Shown one piece after another: positions 24,513 through 40,268 of a DNA stretch of 64,000 bases. The notes below the pieces were generated by a model that was not told the DNA's origin, ran no database searches, and saw only the letters and a program-made list of their open reading frames with translations. The first letter of the stretch is position 1. The number at the start of each line of letters is the position of its first letter. Both the position numbers and the translations under genes were made by a program. Location: NCBI RefSeq assembly GCF_009914755.1, contig NC_060925.1; one strand, 5' to 3'. The stretch is from the human T2T-CHM13v2.0 reference genome, Homo sapiens.

Positions 24513-25949
24513 TCCTGGAAGTCTTGGGATCCTATATTCTCTTTAGCATTTTCTTCTATCACACCACATAAAAACCTGTGTATGGGTCAATGGCTGCAAG
24601 AGACTCCCACGGCCCATTCTCAAAGGAGGACAGACTCTTTTTAAATTTTGGTCCTCAAACCACTCAATAGATCTAACAGTTCCTGAAAAAGAAACAAACC
24701 CCCCCCCAAAAAAAATCAGCTTCACTTGATGTACTTGAAAACAACACTTGCCAGCCATGAAAAGGGGATACGTTGTTCTGGTTGCATCTCAGTCCAACAC
24801 TACCTTCCACCACAACACCACACTCAACCCCTGGCAGAGCCCACCCTACACTTCTGCTCCAGACTCAGCTCCTCTCAGGAGGGGGACTGGGAAGATGCTA
24901 GGAAAGCTTGGGGGCTCCATCTGGGTTCTAGTCCCTTCCCTGGAAACATTTCCTGGCTCTTCTTCTTGGGTTTTCTCTCTTAGAAAATCTCATGATTTCA
25001 AAAAGTCTTATGGTCTGCCTACTTGGCTGAGGAAGACTTTAGCAAAGCAATAGAAGTAGAATTGGGCAAGGTGGGAAGAGGAGGTGTTCCAGATTGTCTC
25101 TGAGGGAAAGTGACAGCGTTATTAAAGTAAGTAAAGGTTGGACCAGCAGCAGTCATGGAAGCCAAAACTACTGACTAAGCTGGAGAAATACAGACCCAGT
25201 CACTGCAGGTGTCACCCTCCTGCTACCTGGCTCCCTGACATTTCCATAGCCTTTACTGCCATCAATCATATCAGGACCTGGGGCTCTCCTTTCCTGGGAA
25301 AAGCGCTGCTTTTAATTCTTCAAATTGCTCACTTTTAACTATTTGACCACAGCATTTTAGGCAGGCTGTCTCAAGCTATTTGAAGCTATTTTACTGCAGG
25401 CAGTTAAGGATTTATCAGGGACTTCCCTACTGAAGTGTCCAGAGACACTCAAGTTTAATAGATCTGCACATCATGGCACTTAGCATTCCTTCCTCCCCAC
25501 CCAACCCCAGCAACACTCACTGTGTTTCCTCCTTAGGTGTTTTCTCTTTGAGTTAAGAAAACCGCCATTGCCATCTGTGTATTCACAATCATTCCTCATT
25601 CTTCCTCCTCTTCCCTACCCCCATCAAGGATCAAGTCCTTGCTATCTCCACCAATACCTTCTGAGCTCGGCCTGAAGTCGTTTCTCACCTGAACTGTTGC
25701 AACACCCTTCCAGCTGGTCTCTCTTGCTCTCTATCTCCACATACCCTGCGATCCACTCATCACCCAGAGCACAGGGTGTTCTACTTAAAATTCGAATCTA
25801 ACCACATCCCTCCTTAGGTTAGCACTTGTCAGTGGTTCTCATGACTGAGACCATGAGAAGGCAGGCTCAAGCTCTGGGCAGGGAGATTGGGGACAGAAGG
25901 TACAGTAATCAGAAGCACCCAGTGTGTGTGCACATTTTCCAGTTGATTT

Positions 25950-28900
25950 TTTAAAAATAGACATTTTAGGACAGTATCAAATTTGTAGAAAAGTTAAGAA
26001 AATATTAGAGTTATCATATATTTCACACAGTTTCCCCTATTATTAATATTTTACATGAGTAGGGTACATTTGCTACAAATTATCGCAGCTCAATACGGTG
26101 TTATTGGCTGAAGTTCCTGGTTTATTCAGATTTTCTTAGTTTCACCTAATTTCTTTTTGCTGTTTCAGTATCCCATCCAGCATATCACGTTGCATGTACT
26201 TGTCTCCTTAGGCTTCTCCCTTGACAGAGTCAGTTCCTCAGACATTTTTGTTGTTGTTGTTTTGATGATCTTGAAAGCTGCGAGGGGTGCTGGTCAGATA
26301 TTTTGTAGGATATCCCTCAATTTGTATTATATTTGTCTGATGTTTTTCTCATGATTAGACTGGGGTATGGGTTTTTAGGAGGAAGACCACAGAGGTAAAG
26401 TGTCATTCATTCTTACCACATCATATAAAGTATACGTATATCAGACACAACTCATCACAGTTGCTATTAAACTTGATCACTTAGCTGAGACAATGTGTGT
26501 CAGGTTTCTCCACTGTAAAGTTATTCTCCTCACCCTCCCCCAATTTCCCCTTCTATACTGTACTCTGGAAAGGAGTCACTATGCAAAGGTCACCATTAAA
26601 AAGTGGAATGTAAAGTTTCCATCATTGAGGATGGAGAATCTACATAAGTTCATAAGTTATTTGGAATTTTCAGTACAGATTTGTCCCCACCCTATTTATT
26701 TATATTAGTATGGAGTCATGACTAGTTATTTTGTACTATGGGCTATAACCCAATAGTACTTTATTTATTTGTTTGTTCAAATTTTTCCAGCTTTGGCCAT
26801 TGTGAGCTCTTTCATTGGCTCCTGTGTTCTTTAAAATATACTTCCATCAATATGTGTTTTTTAATTTTATTTTATGTATGTATGTATTTATGTTCAATTT
26901 GTTTTTCTGTTTTTGTTTTTTTTTTTTTTTTTTTTTGGCATACTGCCCTGCTTTCTGACACTACAAGATACTCCAGGCTTACCTTGTATATTTCCTGCCC
27001 CAGTCCTAGAATTAATTTCTTCAAGGAGTCCCATTTCATTTTATCGGAGAATGGTATTAGAAACCAAGAACTTGGAACTGGGTATAACCATTACTCCTGG
27101 GGTAGCATTTCCTTTAGGCCCTCTTAACTGGCAAAGGAAGTATATATGTGTATACTAACCTGTGTGTGTGGGCATTTATGTATGTTTTCTAGTAGTGATC
27201 TGTATCTATATTAAGCTAAACAGAGCTCATACTAATGTCTCCAACTATAATTTATTACTACTTGGATCTTTCTAGCCTCCTCCCATTTCTTATCTGAAAA
27301 TTATCACTCCAGCTGTGAGAAACCTGGCCCCCAATTGCCACCTGTTTTCTTAATTATTCATTTTCAGTATTCAGAAGTGACTGTACTGTTTTACATTCCC
27401 ACCAGCAATGAGTTCTTCCTGTTGTCTGTTATTTTCACCAGGATTTGGTGTTAGCTTTTTGAATTTTAGCCAAATTTATAGGTGCATAGTTATATTTCAT
27501 TGTTTCAATTTGCAATTTTCTTATACATGATGTTAAGCATACACTCATATGTTTTTTGCCATCTTCATATCTTCTTTTATGAGATGTTCAGATCTTCTGC
27601 CCACTTTTTTAATTGAGTTGTTCATTTTCTTTCTGTTGAGTTTCTAAAATTATCTTATATATTGGGATTATCAGATATGTGTTCGGCAAATATTTTCTCC
27701 TGGTCTGTGGCTTGTCTTTTCATTCTGTTAACAATGTCTTCTGCAAAGCAGTTGTTTATAATTTTAATAAAGTCCAACTTATCAATTTTTTTTCAAGAAT
27801 CACACTTTGGTATTGTATCTAAAAACTCATCAACAAACCCAAGATCACTTAAATTTTCTCCCGTGTTATCCTATAGAAGTTTTAATTTTACATCCTTCAT
27901 TTAGGACTATGATACTATGAATTGATAGGTCTCAAATCATTATTTTGTATCTGGGTATCCAACTGTTTCAACACACTACACCTCTCTTTGCCCCCCCACT
28001 CAATCTGCCTGGTACTAAGTGTAAAAAAAAAATTTCTCCCAACTCATGGTTTTTACAACGGAAAAAGATCAAGATGAACAATCAGCTTCCCCACAATCTT
28101 GGGTTCCATGGCAGGAGAACAGTCCCTACTTCAACCCATGGGAAACATCATAAATGCCTGAAGGGAGACATATCCCTGAGGACAGCCAGAACCAAAGTCG
28201 GGGGCGGGACTACCATCCCCAGCCCTGGAAATTCTGAACTGTAGCTCTGCCAAAGGAGATGCCAAATCAGACTGGCTGTTCGGCAGCATTGCACTATGAG
28301 AGGTACATTTCACAGGTTCCTAGGTCACAGGTTCCCATGTGTTGAAAAGATTGTTTCCATGGTGCGTTTATGTTTAAAGTGGGTTTCTTCCAGGCAACAT
28401 ATAGTCAGATATTGGTTTTTATCTATGCTAGTAATCCTTGTCATTTTATTGATGTATTTAGACCATTCACATTTGAAGTAATTTGTGATATAATTGTATT
28501 ATTATCTACCATGTTTGGAGCTGTTTTTTCTTCACAGCACTTTTGTTCTTTCCCTCTTTCTCTGCTTTCTCTAGTTTTGAGACTTTATTATTTTCATTTT
28601 ATATTCTCTGTTAGCATATAATTATATAAATAATTATGTTTACTTTTAAAAATTAGTGGTTTCCCTGGAGTTTAAAACATACATTTACAACACATCTAAG
28701 TCCTTTGAAGTAACACTATAGTGCTTTATAAGTAGTGCAGATAACTCATAACAGTATTCTCAACTCTTCTTGCTGTCATTCATATCATGTATTCATTTGC
28801 TATAATTATCCAATACATTATTACTTTGAATAGCTATTAGATCAATTAAGAATAAGAAAAATAAGCATGTTATTTTACCTTTTTTGATACTCCCTCTTAT

Positions 28901-29760
28901 TTTATATAGGCCCACATTTCTGACTTATATCATTTTTCTTCTTATAACATTTTAAAAAATATTCCTTCCTCTTTTAACATTTATTGCAGCTATTAGGGCT
29001 TCTGACAATGAATTCTCAGAATATCATTTGTCTGAAAAAATATTTATTTTATCTTCAATTATTAAGGATGATATCACTGATATAGAAGTATAGAGTTTTC
29101 CTTTCAACAATTTACATATTTTATTCAGTCTCTTTTTGCTTGTATGGTGTCTGACAGGAAGTCTGGTGTAAGTAATACTTGCCCTTGCTCCTCTATATGT
29201 AAGGTTTTTTATTCTGCAGAATTTTCAGAATTTTCTCTTTGCCTTTTGTTTTGTTCAGTTTGAATAGAATAAGCCTAGGGGTAGATTTCTTGGTGTTCTC
29301 TGAGCATCCTGGATCTGTTATTTAATGTATCGCTCTTTTGGAAAACTCCAATTAGTACTTCAAATATTTTGTCTGCTCCATTTGCTATTTCATTTCCTCT
29401 GGTATTGCTGTTATGTATATGTTACATCTTTCAAAATTGTCCCACATTCTTGGATAACTCTGTTGTTGATGTTGTTGTTTTTAATTCTCTTTTTCTTTTT
29501 CTGCTTCAGTTTGTGAAGTTTCTACTGACATGTCTTCAAGATCACTGATTCTTATCTCAGCTGTGTCCAGCCTACTGATGAACCCACCAAGGAATCTTCA
29601 TTTCTGTCAGTTTTCTTTTTTCTAGTGCTTGACTCTTTCCTAGAGTTTCCATTTATCTACTTGCATTACCCGGATATTCTTGTATGTACTGCACTTTTTC
29701 CATTACAGACATTATAATACTAATAATATTTATTTTAAATTATCAAATTTTTCTAGTGTC
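25950..29760 (-). mobile_element. Fragmented ancient L1 (L1MC/ME-class) segments
   Basis: T-rich antisense L1 3'-UTR, ORF2 and ORF1-like sequence; interrupted at 27990-28330. Boundaries approximate. Confidence 0.6.
27990..28330 (+). mobile_element. Isolated L1M 5'-UTR-like segment, diverged direct repeat of 31620-31955
   Basis: Shares blocks such as CCCAACTCATGGTTTTTACAACGGAAAAAG, ACAATCAGCTTCCCCACAATCT and CCAAAGGAGATGCCAAATCAGA with 31620-31955. Confidence 0.8.
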
Positions 29761-30877
29761 CTAAGTTTTGTCTCTTCTATTATTTTTGGGTGTCCCTAAG
29801 AACTCCTTAAATAGAATTTGCACAAACACAACTGATAAACTCCCTATTAGAGTGATCAAGGGAATAAAAGAGAGAACACACAAATGACCAAATCATGAAT
29901 AAAAGAGGTAAGATCATTGCAGATTATTTAGATATTAAAATGATAATAAAGAATATATTCACTGAGTAGAATACAAATATCTTACCAGGACATCCTGATT
30001 ACTTGATAATTTCTACTTATGATATTATAATACATGATGCCATTAATATAGCAGATTAGCATGATGTTTTCTGGAATGTTCAGATGATCAATGTCCTTTC
30101 ATACTTAATGTGTCGAGAGCAAGAGAGTTAATACAGTTCTAAGGCAAGATCATAAATGTGTATTGCTCCCCATCCTAGGTGAATATACCACTTCTTATTC
30201 TCCTGACTCCTAGGTGTTGAACAGACTACACTCATCAGAGATATAGCTGCATATTACACACTAGAAGTTATATTGATCTGTTCTATTAAAAATTTTATAT
30301 ATTATAAAGGAGTTGCAATTGAGTCTACCACTTGGTTAAGTTTGTGGAAGTCTACCATTATTGTGTTAGTCAGCATTCTCCAGAGAAACAGAACCAATAC
30401 ATTGTGTGTATGGGTATGTGTGTATGTATGTATGTTTGTAAGTATATGTATATATACATATTATACACACACAACTAGATATATATATATGTATGCATAC
30501 ATATATAAATATATTTATTATAAGGAATTGGCTCACACTCATGCAATTATGGAGGTTGGCAAGTCTAAATCTGTGATGTGGGCTGGTAGGCTCAAGACCC
30601 AGGAGAGCCAATGTTGCAGTTACATTCTGAAAGCCAGTAGATGGAGACCCAGGAGAACTGATGGTGCAAATGAAGTTCCAAGGCAATCTGCTGGAGAATT
30701 TCCTTTTGCTCGGAGAGGCTGGCCTTTTCATTGTATTCATGCCTTCAGCTCACTGAATGAGGCCCATACATATTATGGAGGGCAATCTGCTTACTTATAG
30801 TTCATTTATTTACATATTAATCTCGCCAAACTGATGGCATAGAAGAAAGCTGGCTTCACTCTCTACAAAAATACTAA

Positions 30878-30960
30878 AAAGGAAAAAAGAAAGAAAGAAG
30901 AGAGAGAAAGAAAGAGAGAGAAAAAAGAAAAGAAAGAGAGAGAGAAAGAAAGAAAGAAAG

Positions 30961-31026
<66 letters not shown>

Positions 31027-31105
31027 GAAAGAAAGAAAGAGAGAGAGAGAGGGAGGGTAGAAGGGAGGGAGGGAGGGAAGGAGGAAGGAAGGAAGGAAGG
31101 AAGAA
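30878..31105 (+). repeat. (GAAA)n / (GGAA)n polypurine STR
   Basis: Long perfect GAAA run at ~30962-31025 within a ~230-bp almost purine-only tract. Confidence 0.97.
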
Positions 31106-31109
31106 TGAA

Positions 31110-31359
<250 letters not shown>

Positions 31360-31360
<1 letters not shown>

Positions 31361-31468
31361 AGAAGAAAAAGCAAGAAGAAGAAGAAGAAGAAGAAGGAGG
31401 AGGAGGGAGGAGGAGGGAGGAGGAGGGAGGAGGAGGAGGAGGGAGGAGGGAGGAGGGAGAAAGGAGAG
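31360..31468 (+). repeat. (GAA)n/(GGA)n repeat derived from the Alu tail
   Basis: gaagaagaa...ggaggaggg purine tract. Confidence 0.95.
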
Positions 31469-32996
31469 ACAAAGATAAACAGCACAGAGATTATCACCAG
31501 CAATATCCCAGAACTCAAATAGGAGAATGCAACAGTTGCTGTGGCAAAAAAGAAGTAAAAAATCTCTGAGCAGATGTTAAGAGAATTGGACTTCTATATT
31601 CATGATGCCCCCTGCTTCCCCCATGCTTAGTTTTCCTGGTACCAAGTGTAAAAATTTTTCCCCCAACTCATGGTTTTTACAACGGAAAAAGTGAGATCAA
31701 GGTGGACAATCAGCTTCCCCACAATCTCGGGTTCTCTGGCAGGAGGCCTGTCCCTGTCTCAACCCATGGGAAATATCATAAATGCCTGAAGGGAGGCATA
31801 TCCCTGAGGACAACCAGAAACAAAGGGGTGAGGGAGGGTGAGACTACCATCCCCAGTCCTGGAAATTCTGCACTGTAACTCTTCCAAAGGAGATGCCAAA
31901 TCAGATGGCTGTCCAGCAGCATCACACTGTGAGTGGTACATTCCACAGGCCCCCTGGGAACAATCCTTAGCCAGCCTTTCCACACTGCTGGGACATTCCT
32001 TTGAAGACCTCCTCCATTTAAGATAAGTAGTGCTCTGATCCTTGACTAGAGCTGAGGCAAACCTGGGATTAAGTACCATCTAGTACCAAAAAGGAGGCAG
32101 CAACATAGCAGGGGGAAAAAAGGAAAAAAATCAACAGGTAAATTACAAAGAATCTCTAAGCAAACATATCCAATAAAAACCAAGGCAAGCTGGACAGAGA
32201 AAATTGGAATAAATAACTAATCTTTCAATTCAAAGACATACACATAAATTCAGAAGAAACATTAGCAAACAAGGAACCATGGCCTTCCCAAGAGGATAAA
32301 GCAAGAAACCAGTGACTGACCCTAGTAAGATGGCAGTATGTGAACTCTCTGACCAAAAATTCAAAATAACAGTTTTATGGAAACTCAGTGATCTCCAGTA
32401 TAACACAGAAAAACAATTTGGAAATTTATCAAAGAAATTTAACAAAAAGATTGAAATAATTTTTAAAAAAATTAAACAGAACGCTTGGAACAGAGAAATA
32501 CATTTGTTGAACTGAAAATTTTGTTAGAAGCTCTCAACAGCGGAATGGATCAAGCAGAGGAAAGAATCAGTAAGCTCAAAGACAGTCTGTTTGAAAATAC
32601 AGTGTCAGAGGAGAAAAGAAAATATTAATCTTAGCCATGATCATGCTCTAAGTTGACACACAAAATTAGCCATTACAATAATTCACCAAGATCCCTGGCT
32701 TTTTTTTTTTTCAAGAGCTGTAGCGGTCAATTAAATAGGAATGTATAATGGGGACTACTAAAAGAGTGGCACTGATCTCTGCCATTCTGCCCATGATATA
32801 TTGTTTTCTATTTACTATCTTGGCTATTTGGGAAGGGGGTGCAGTTTTAAGGGTTTCAATTTGATCTTTCTAGTATGATAGCTCTTACTCCGTGGATCAA
32901 GGAACAAGTATGAGAAAACTTCCAGGCACTAAATATGTTTGTCCTACAAGTATGTACCCAGAAACTGGGAAAATGGCCACTGGATGTGGCCATTGA

Positions 32997-33290
<294 letters not shown>

Positions 33291-33685
33291 TGACCTTTGA
33301 CTTCTTAAACCCATAGTGAAAAGGACTACCTTGGTCAGAACTCTTTATCACTAACCCCAATACACTCTTATTCTAATGGGGAGGTCAAGGTAATCCCTGG
33401 AGTCCCCTGATGTTAGTGTCAGTTCAAATTATATATCCAACAGCCCTCAAAGAACCTGGGTACTTCCCTTTCTCCAAAGTACAGTTGCTAAGGAAATAAA
33501 AGTTTGAATCACTACTGTATACACTTAATGTGGTGTTGTACAGTCCTTTCTCAATAGGACTTGAATCTCTTTCAAACAATGGGTTCTGGATCTGAGAACT
33601 GGCTCAGGACTAGATATTGGGTAAGAAATTGTGACTGATTTTTGAGGCAGCTGACATCAGCCACATAGGGATACACACACACATA

Positions 33686-34050
33686 CAGATGGTCCTCAAC
33701 TTTGGATGGTTCAGCTTACAATGATTTTCTGATGGTATGAAAGCAATATGCATTTGGTAAAAAACCATACAAGTGCTTCAAGTATTCATCTAACCATTTT
33801 TTTCAGTTTAAGCATAGCATTCAATTAATTACATGAGATATTTAACACTTTATTATAAAATAGGCTTGCGTTAGATGATTTTGCCCAACTGTAAGCTGAT
33901 GTGAGTGTTCTGAGCACATTTAAGGGTGGCTAGACTAAGTTATAATGTTTTGTGGGTTAGATAGATTCAATGCATTTTCAAGTTGTGATATTTTCAACTT
34001 ACAATGGGTTTATTGGGAACATGACCCCATCATAAATTGAGGAGCATCTG
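33686..34050 (-). mobile_element. MER47A (TcMar-Tigger MITE)
   Basis: TA|CAGATGGTCCTCAACTT...AATTGAGGAGCATCTG|TA; 365 bp, terminal inverted repeats and TA TSD. Confidence 0.88.
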
Positions 34051-36633
34051 TATGTGGCACATGTGTGTAATGTCCCTAATGACTTCCCACCTATTTTGTC
34101 CCTAATAAGACCATATTCTACTATCCATTGCTCTAGACCCCTGTGGGTCAGGACATCTTAGTGATTATTCTGACATTCCAATTTTGTTGGCCATGATGGT
34201 AGTCACATCTACTTTGCCTCTGATGGTTAACTAACACAATCTACCCTCTGTTATTCCCTTATTGTCCTTTCATTCTCATTGACACTATGGAATCTAGTTC
34301 AATCAGCATTTCCTACCTCAGACCAAGGCAATAAAGGACAGGCACAATTGGGCCTCTCAATAATGATAGTACGGCCCACCCAATCACCAGCACATTTCTT
34401 GTAACTTTAATGAAATAAGTGTCTTCTGCGACCTCTTGAAAAACATACACAGTTTCTGAGTTTCAGGATTATGTAATAGATCTGTTCTTACACACCTGCC
34501 TCTCAACCTTTTTATCTTTATCTCAATATTCTGCCAAGATGGTTCTGGAATCTCCGTCTCATTTAATATGGGCCATAAGTTTTTCTGAGTTCCAAAAGGC
34601 ATCCTGGAAGCATATAAAGACTTTATTTAGGAAACTGAGTCATATGTATTGCCCCCATATCAGGAATTATTCCCCTAATCATTCTCATACTCCACATCAT
34701 ATGATTTAACACACTCAAGATCCTCTCCTAGGGAATCCCAACCTGTGCTGGTCCATATTATCCAGGCCCTGCAGATCCTTCAGTGAATAATTCTCTCCCT
34801 TAGCAGGACAAGTACTAACCCAATTGACTCTGCTAAGACTTGAACCAATACCCAAGAAAGGAGGTGGGGCCAGATCTTGAGTTAGATAAGTATTGTCTTA
34901 CAAGGCACCTGTTTCAGTTCAGCCAATGGGATGTAGGGATTGATATCTTCTATCCAAGAAGGACCACTTCTATAGGCTGAGAAAAATCAGGTATATCAAG
35001 CACATCCATGAATATATTCCCATCCCAAGTCTTGAGGTCCCATTCCTTCCTTATCAGGACCCTATGCCTTTGGCATAAGGATGCTGTAAAGTCAGCTTCC
35101 TATAAAGCTTAGTGTTAGTTCCTGTGCCTGGTGTTTAACACCATCTTCCCTCTGCAGGAGGTGAAGTTCTCTTTAAACACTGCTATGGAGCCCTTCTGAC
35201 TTTCATATCACGTCTTAAGATAGTAAATGAACGACTTGAGTTTGTCCTCTTTTTCTCTTTAAAACATCAAGAGCATCCAGAAACATTAGCCAAGCCCTTT
35301 GTCCATTTCTTCCATATCTCTCAAACGTCAAAGTTATTTATCAAGTCAGTGCACTGCCTTTTGCTGCATCTTGCCCTAAATCACCACAGGAGATCATAAT
35401 TACAACACTACAACATGCCAAGGGCTATCGCTGTTTCACTTACCACCAGCAAAGGGGTTCTTGTTCTCTTCTGTGGGGAGCCAACTCCAGAATCCCACAA
35501 CTAGAATCTTCCTAGAACTGCAGCTACCAACTGTCATTGTTTGGGTTCCCTGGAAGCACATCCTGAGATGAGGATTTATTTGCAGTATAACTTATTAAAG
35601 CAGTACTTCCAGGAGAAACTAGTTAGGGCATAGGAGTAGCAGGACAGAGAAGGAGAGGAAACCAGATTGTCATTTTGGGCAAACATGTGTGCAGGTAGCT
35701 TCATCCTGATTCTGCAAGAAAACTCTGGAATGTAAAAGAAAAGCTGTATTGATATGAGACAAGAAAGCTAGGCTGTGATACTCTCGTACCTGTAAGTCAT
35801 TGGCTAAGGGCCACTCCAGGGAGACATAAAATATCTGGTACTTCAGGCTTTGTGCATGTGAGGACATAGCAAATTCAGTTGCCAAACACATTCATCTGAA
35901 GAAGCATCAGATAGAAACAAATGAAAGCAAAAGGATACCCAAACCTAAGTGGTGTTGAACAACACCATGAGAATGAAGTCAGCAAAATCCAGACTGAAAA
36001 ACTCCATATGACAAATAGTATGGTTTCTTTAATAAAAAATTGCAAAGGGACAAAAGAAATAAACTGGGAACCTTTAGATCAAAATAAACTTAAGAGATAT
36101 ATAGATGTATTAATTAATAAAAATGTATCTACATTATTTTGATGTCATTTCAAATAAGTCATTAGTAAATTAATGATTTGTAGCATAATTGGAAATGTGA
36201 ACACTGAGTGGATATTTCCTAGTATAAAGATGTTAGCTAGTATTTTCAAGGTGTGATAATATTTAACATAACTACTGAAAAAAAGTATTTATAGATATAA
36301 AGAGATGAAATGACATGAGTCTGTGATTTGCTAAAAGTAACACTGTAGGAGGCAAGTGGTAAGAGAGATAAAATGAACAACGTTGTCCATAATTTGAAAG
36401 TTATTAAACCTAGTTGATGTACACGTGATTTATTCTACTATTCTGTTCATTTATATGTTTTAAATTACCATTAAAATGTCTTTAAAATAATATAATAATT
36501 TTATTGAAGTGAACTAACATATACAGTATAAAAACTGCATCCTTTGTAACTACACATATAATTAAAAAAAAATTAAGACTTCAACTTAAAAGTGTAACGA
36601 GCAGTGCAGAACTTTTAAAACATTTCAGAGAGC

Positions 36634-37310
36634 TGTCTTAGGTTGGTTCCCTGAAGAAGCACAGTCTGCGACAAGTGAATAGGTACAAGTAGTTTATTTT
36701 GAGATGTGACCCCAAATAGCAGAAGTCAGGGCCACTAGGAAGAATAAAACAATAGAGAGAGAAAGTCAGTCCAATGGTGTGCTGTTGAGCTGTGTATTCC
36801 TGTGGATAACAGGCTAAACCGCACCCTGAAGTTTCCAAGGGCCATCTAGAACATATATTAGAACTGTTTGCTGGAGATACTGAAAAGAATGCTTGCTCTC
36901 TGTGTACTCCTATGTCTAGTAACCAGTGGTTGTCCGGAGGATGTTAACCTCCTCACGTTTCCACCCTGTGCTTCCACCAGCATGACTGAGTAGTCGGCTG
37001 TGAGTGTTCCACAGCCTGGCTGTCAAGAGCCCTGGGGCAGATGTGAGAGACACCTAGTGCAGCTGAAGTGAGGTGCTGTGGGATACTCCTCAGCATAGGT
37101 GGTTGCCATAGCTACAGCCTGGGTAAAATGGTGAGCTGAGAAAACAGGAGGAAGGGCATAAAAAATGTTAGACTGTAGACATCTAGAAAGTTTGACAGGA
37201 GATATTTATGGACCTTATAATCAGAGTGTCTTCCTATTGCAATGGTCCATTTCCCTCCTTGCAATAATCCTTTTGAATAAAGTCTCTCTACAGTAAGAAA
37301 GTTCAACAGC
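36634..37310 (-). mobile_element. ERVL-class LTR (LTR33/LTR41 group)
   Basis: TGTCTTAGGTTGGTTCCCTGAAGAAGCACAGTCTGCGACAAG...GTAGTTTATTT start; right boundary uncertain. Confidence 0.6.
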
Positions 37311-37421
37311 AACTGATTAATCTTCCTAATGTTTTCTCTTTCTCATTTAAGTCTGAGATTTATTACAAATTCGGTTCTTTTTGTAATTTCTGTTTTAATT
37401 ATAGTTACAACCCTTTTTTAA

Positions 37422-37899
<478 letters not shown>

Positions 37900-40268
37900 T
37901 ACATATACTTTCTTTAGCATTTATTTTTTAATTCCACTTTCCTGTATTAGATCATTAATTTTCAGCCTTTCATATTTTATATAAACTTTTAAAGTCTTAA
38001 TTCTCCTTACTTTTATTGCTTTTTCTGTATATCTAGTGAGTTCTGATATGCAATATTTATGCTACTGTTTAGTTCCAAGCATTTAAAAATCTCCTCCAGA
38101 CTGTCCTGTCCAGGAGTAAAAGTTACGGTAATGCCACAATATCACACATAGGAAGGACAACATTGGCTCTTATGCCTCAGAAATCAACATTTGGACCATT
38201 CTGCTAGGTAACGGAAATAATAAAAATAATAAATAATTTATAAGCAAACAAAACAAGCTGACCAGGTGAGGCACTGCTGTGGAGGTTAAAAGGATGTCTG
38301 CTGGAGTCACACACTTGAGATTGAACCCAGCTCTTCTGCTTACATTCTATGTGATCCTGGGCAGGCTACATCATATCTCTGATCTGTTTCTTCATTATTA
38401 AAATGCAGACAAAAATATTGACCTTTCAGCATTGGTTTCGTTATTAAATAACACTTGCAAAGTACTTAGGTTAGTGTCTAGCACACGAAAGGGGCTCAGC
38501 AAATGAAAGCAGTGGTTCACACAGCATATTTGGGATTTCAGAAGTTCCTTTTGTTTTCCTCTGTGCCTTTTACTCATGTCTAATTAGACCATGAAAACAG
38601 ACTTTGCTTCTTTCTTATGTGTTAGGAATTTTTCAAAGCATTTTGCATTCTTGAACCCATTTAATCCCTTAAAATGAAACCCAGTAAAGGGCACATATTC
38701 TGTACTAGGAAATCCTAACTGATTTTGATTAACTTACCAGCTAAAGCAAACTGTGTCTGTGGGGAAATGAGGAGGTTGCCCCAAAGGACTACAATGATAG
38801 GCTTTGGCTTGTTGCTTTTGGGATGTTCCTAGCACAAAGGAATAAAAATACAGTTTGAGCAAGAAGCTATAATGGGTGGCTCACCACTGGTAAAAGCTAG
38901 CCAAGAGGAAGAGCACTCAGGATGCCTGCTAGCCTTCCAAAGTATCTGTGATCTCTTGCTACCCTCTAGGGCTGTGATGTAGAATTGCAGGACCGAGAGA
39001 AAAGGGCTTCACCTGAGGGAGGCTCCTAAATGCAAAGCTTGGGCATCCAGGGTCTGCGTGAGACACCTCCAAGAAAACGGTGATGAATAAGGAAATTTGT
39101 GCCCTGAAGGATTCAGACAGAGCAAGGATATGAAACAAATGCATAAAGTACTTTTACTAACAATAACTGTGCCCCATTTATTGAGTGTTGCCACACGTCA
39201 GTCAGTGTCAAAGGCTTTACATGCATGATCTCAACTTTCTGGTGCAACAATGCCATGATTTGGTATGATTATCCTCCTCATCTGAGAGACAAGGACACTG
39301 AGGTTCAGAAGGACAAGTTGCTTGGTCAAGGTCACCCAGCTAGCCACTGAAATTCAAACCCAGTTGTCCAAATCCAGAGCTCATGCCTATACAATGCTTT
39401 GGGCACTGAGGTGGGAAATCCCACAGAGGCTTAGGGTACGCTCATGCACCTTTCTGAAGGAGATGGTATATGAACTGGGCTTTGAAGAATAGGTACTGGG
39501 GGATGAATACCAAAAGAAGATGGAGCAGAGCCCCAGAGGGAACTGAGTTAGGCCTAGATGGGGTTGGAGGGACACTGTGGGTGTGACTGGAATTAATGGT
39601 TTAGTTTGTTGGAGCTCAGGAAGCCAAGGGAGATAAAATAGAGATGCAGGCTGACCTTGATAATATTTTGTATCCACTACGTCCTTCCATAATTCTTTTG
39701 CAATAGGCATAAGGGAGCTGAAAATCAAGTAAGTGGATGATTTCCAGCCCATGTGGAAAGACAGATCCTGCCAGCCTCATGCTTACTCTTACTGGACAGC
39801 AGGGCAGCACCAGATTGTTCAAGAACTCTGAGGGGCAGCAGTGGGATAACAGGATGAAGTTCATGTTAAAATGCAGTAGGACTGGTCTGAGGCAGAAGCA
39901 CTGCTAGGGAGACAGGCATCAGGAGAAAGTTCTCTGGCAAGAGGCCATGTGGCTACAGTGACCCTCTCCTCTGGATCTCACATGGGCATCTATGGTCTAA
40001 CAGAGTTGAATGTGCTTAGATGGACAAAAACATACTTTTTAAATTGATGCACTTTTCCAGAAAAACCATGATGTACAATACATGGCAAAGAGATCTGCAT
40101 TTGTCATGAGTAAGTAGATCATAGCTACCTTACTAAACACTAGTTTCTTCTTGACTAAGTTTAGAATATACATTTATAATATACATGTGTATCCTGCTCC
40201 CCTCGCTGGGTTCTGATAAGGATCCCAGGTAAGGGAGAAGACAGGAGCCTCAAAAATTGCCTTGGTTC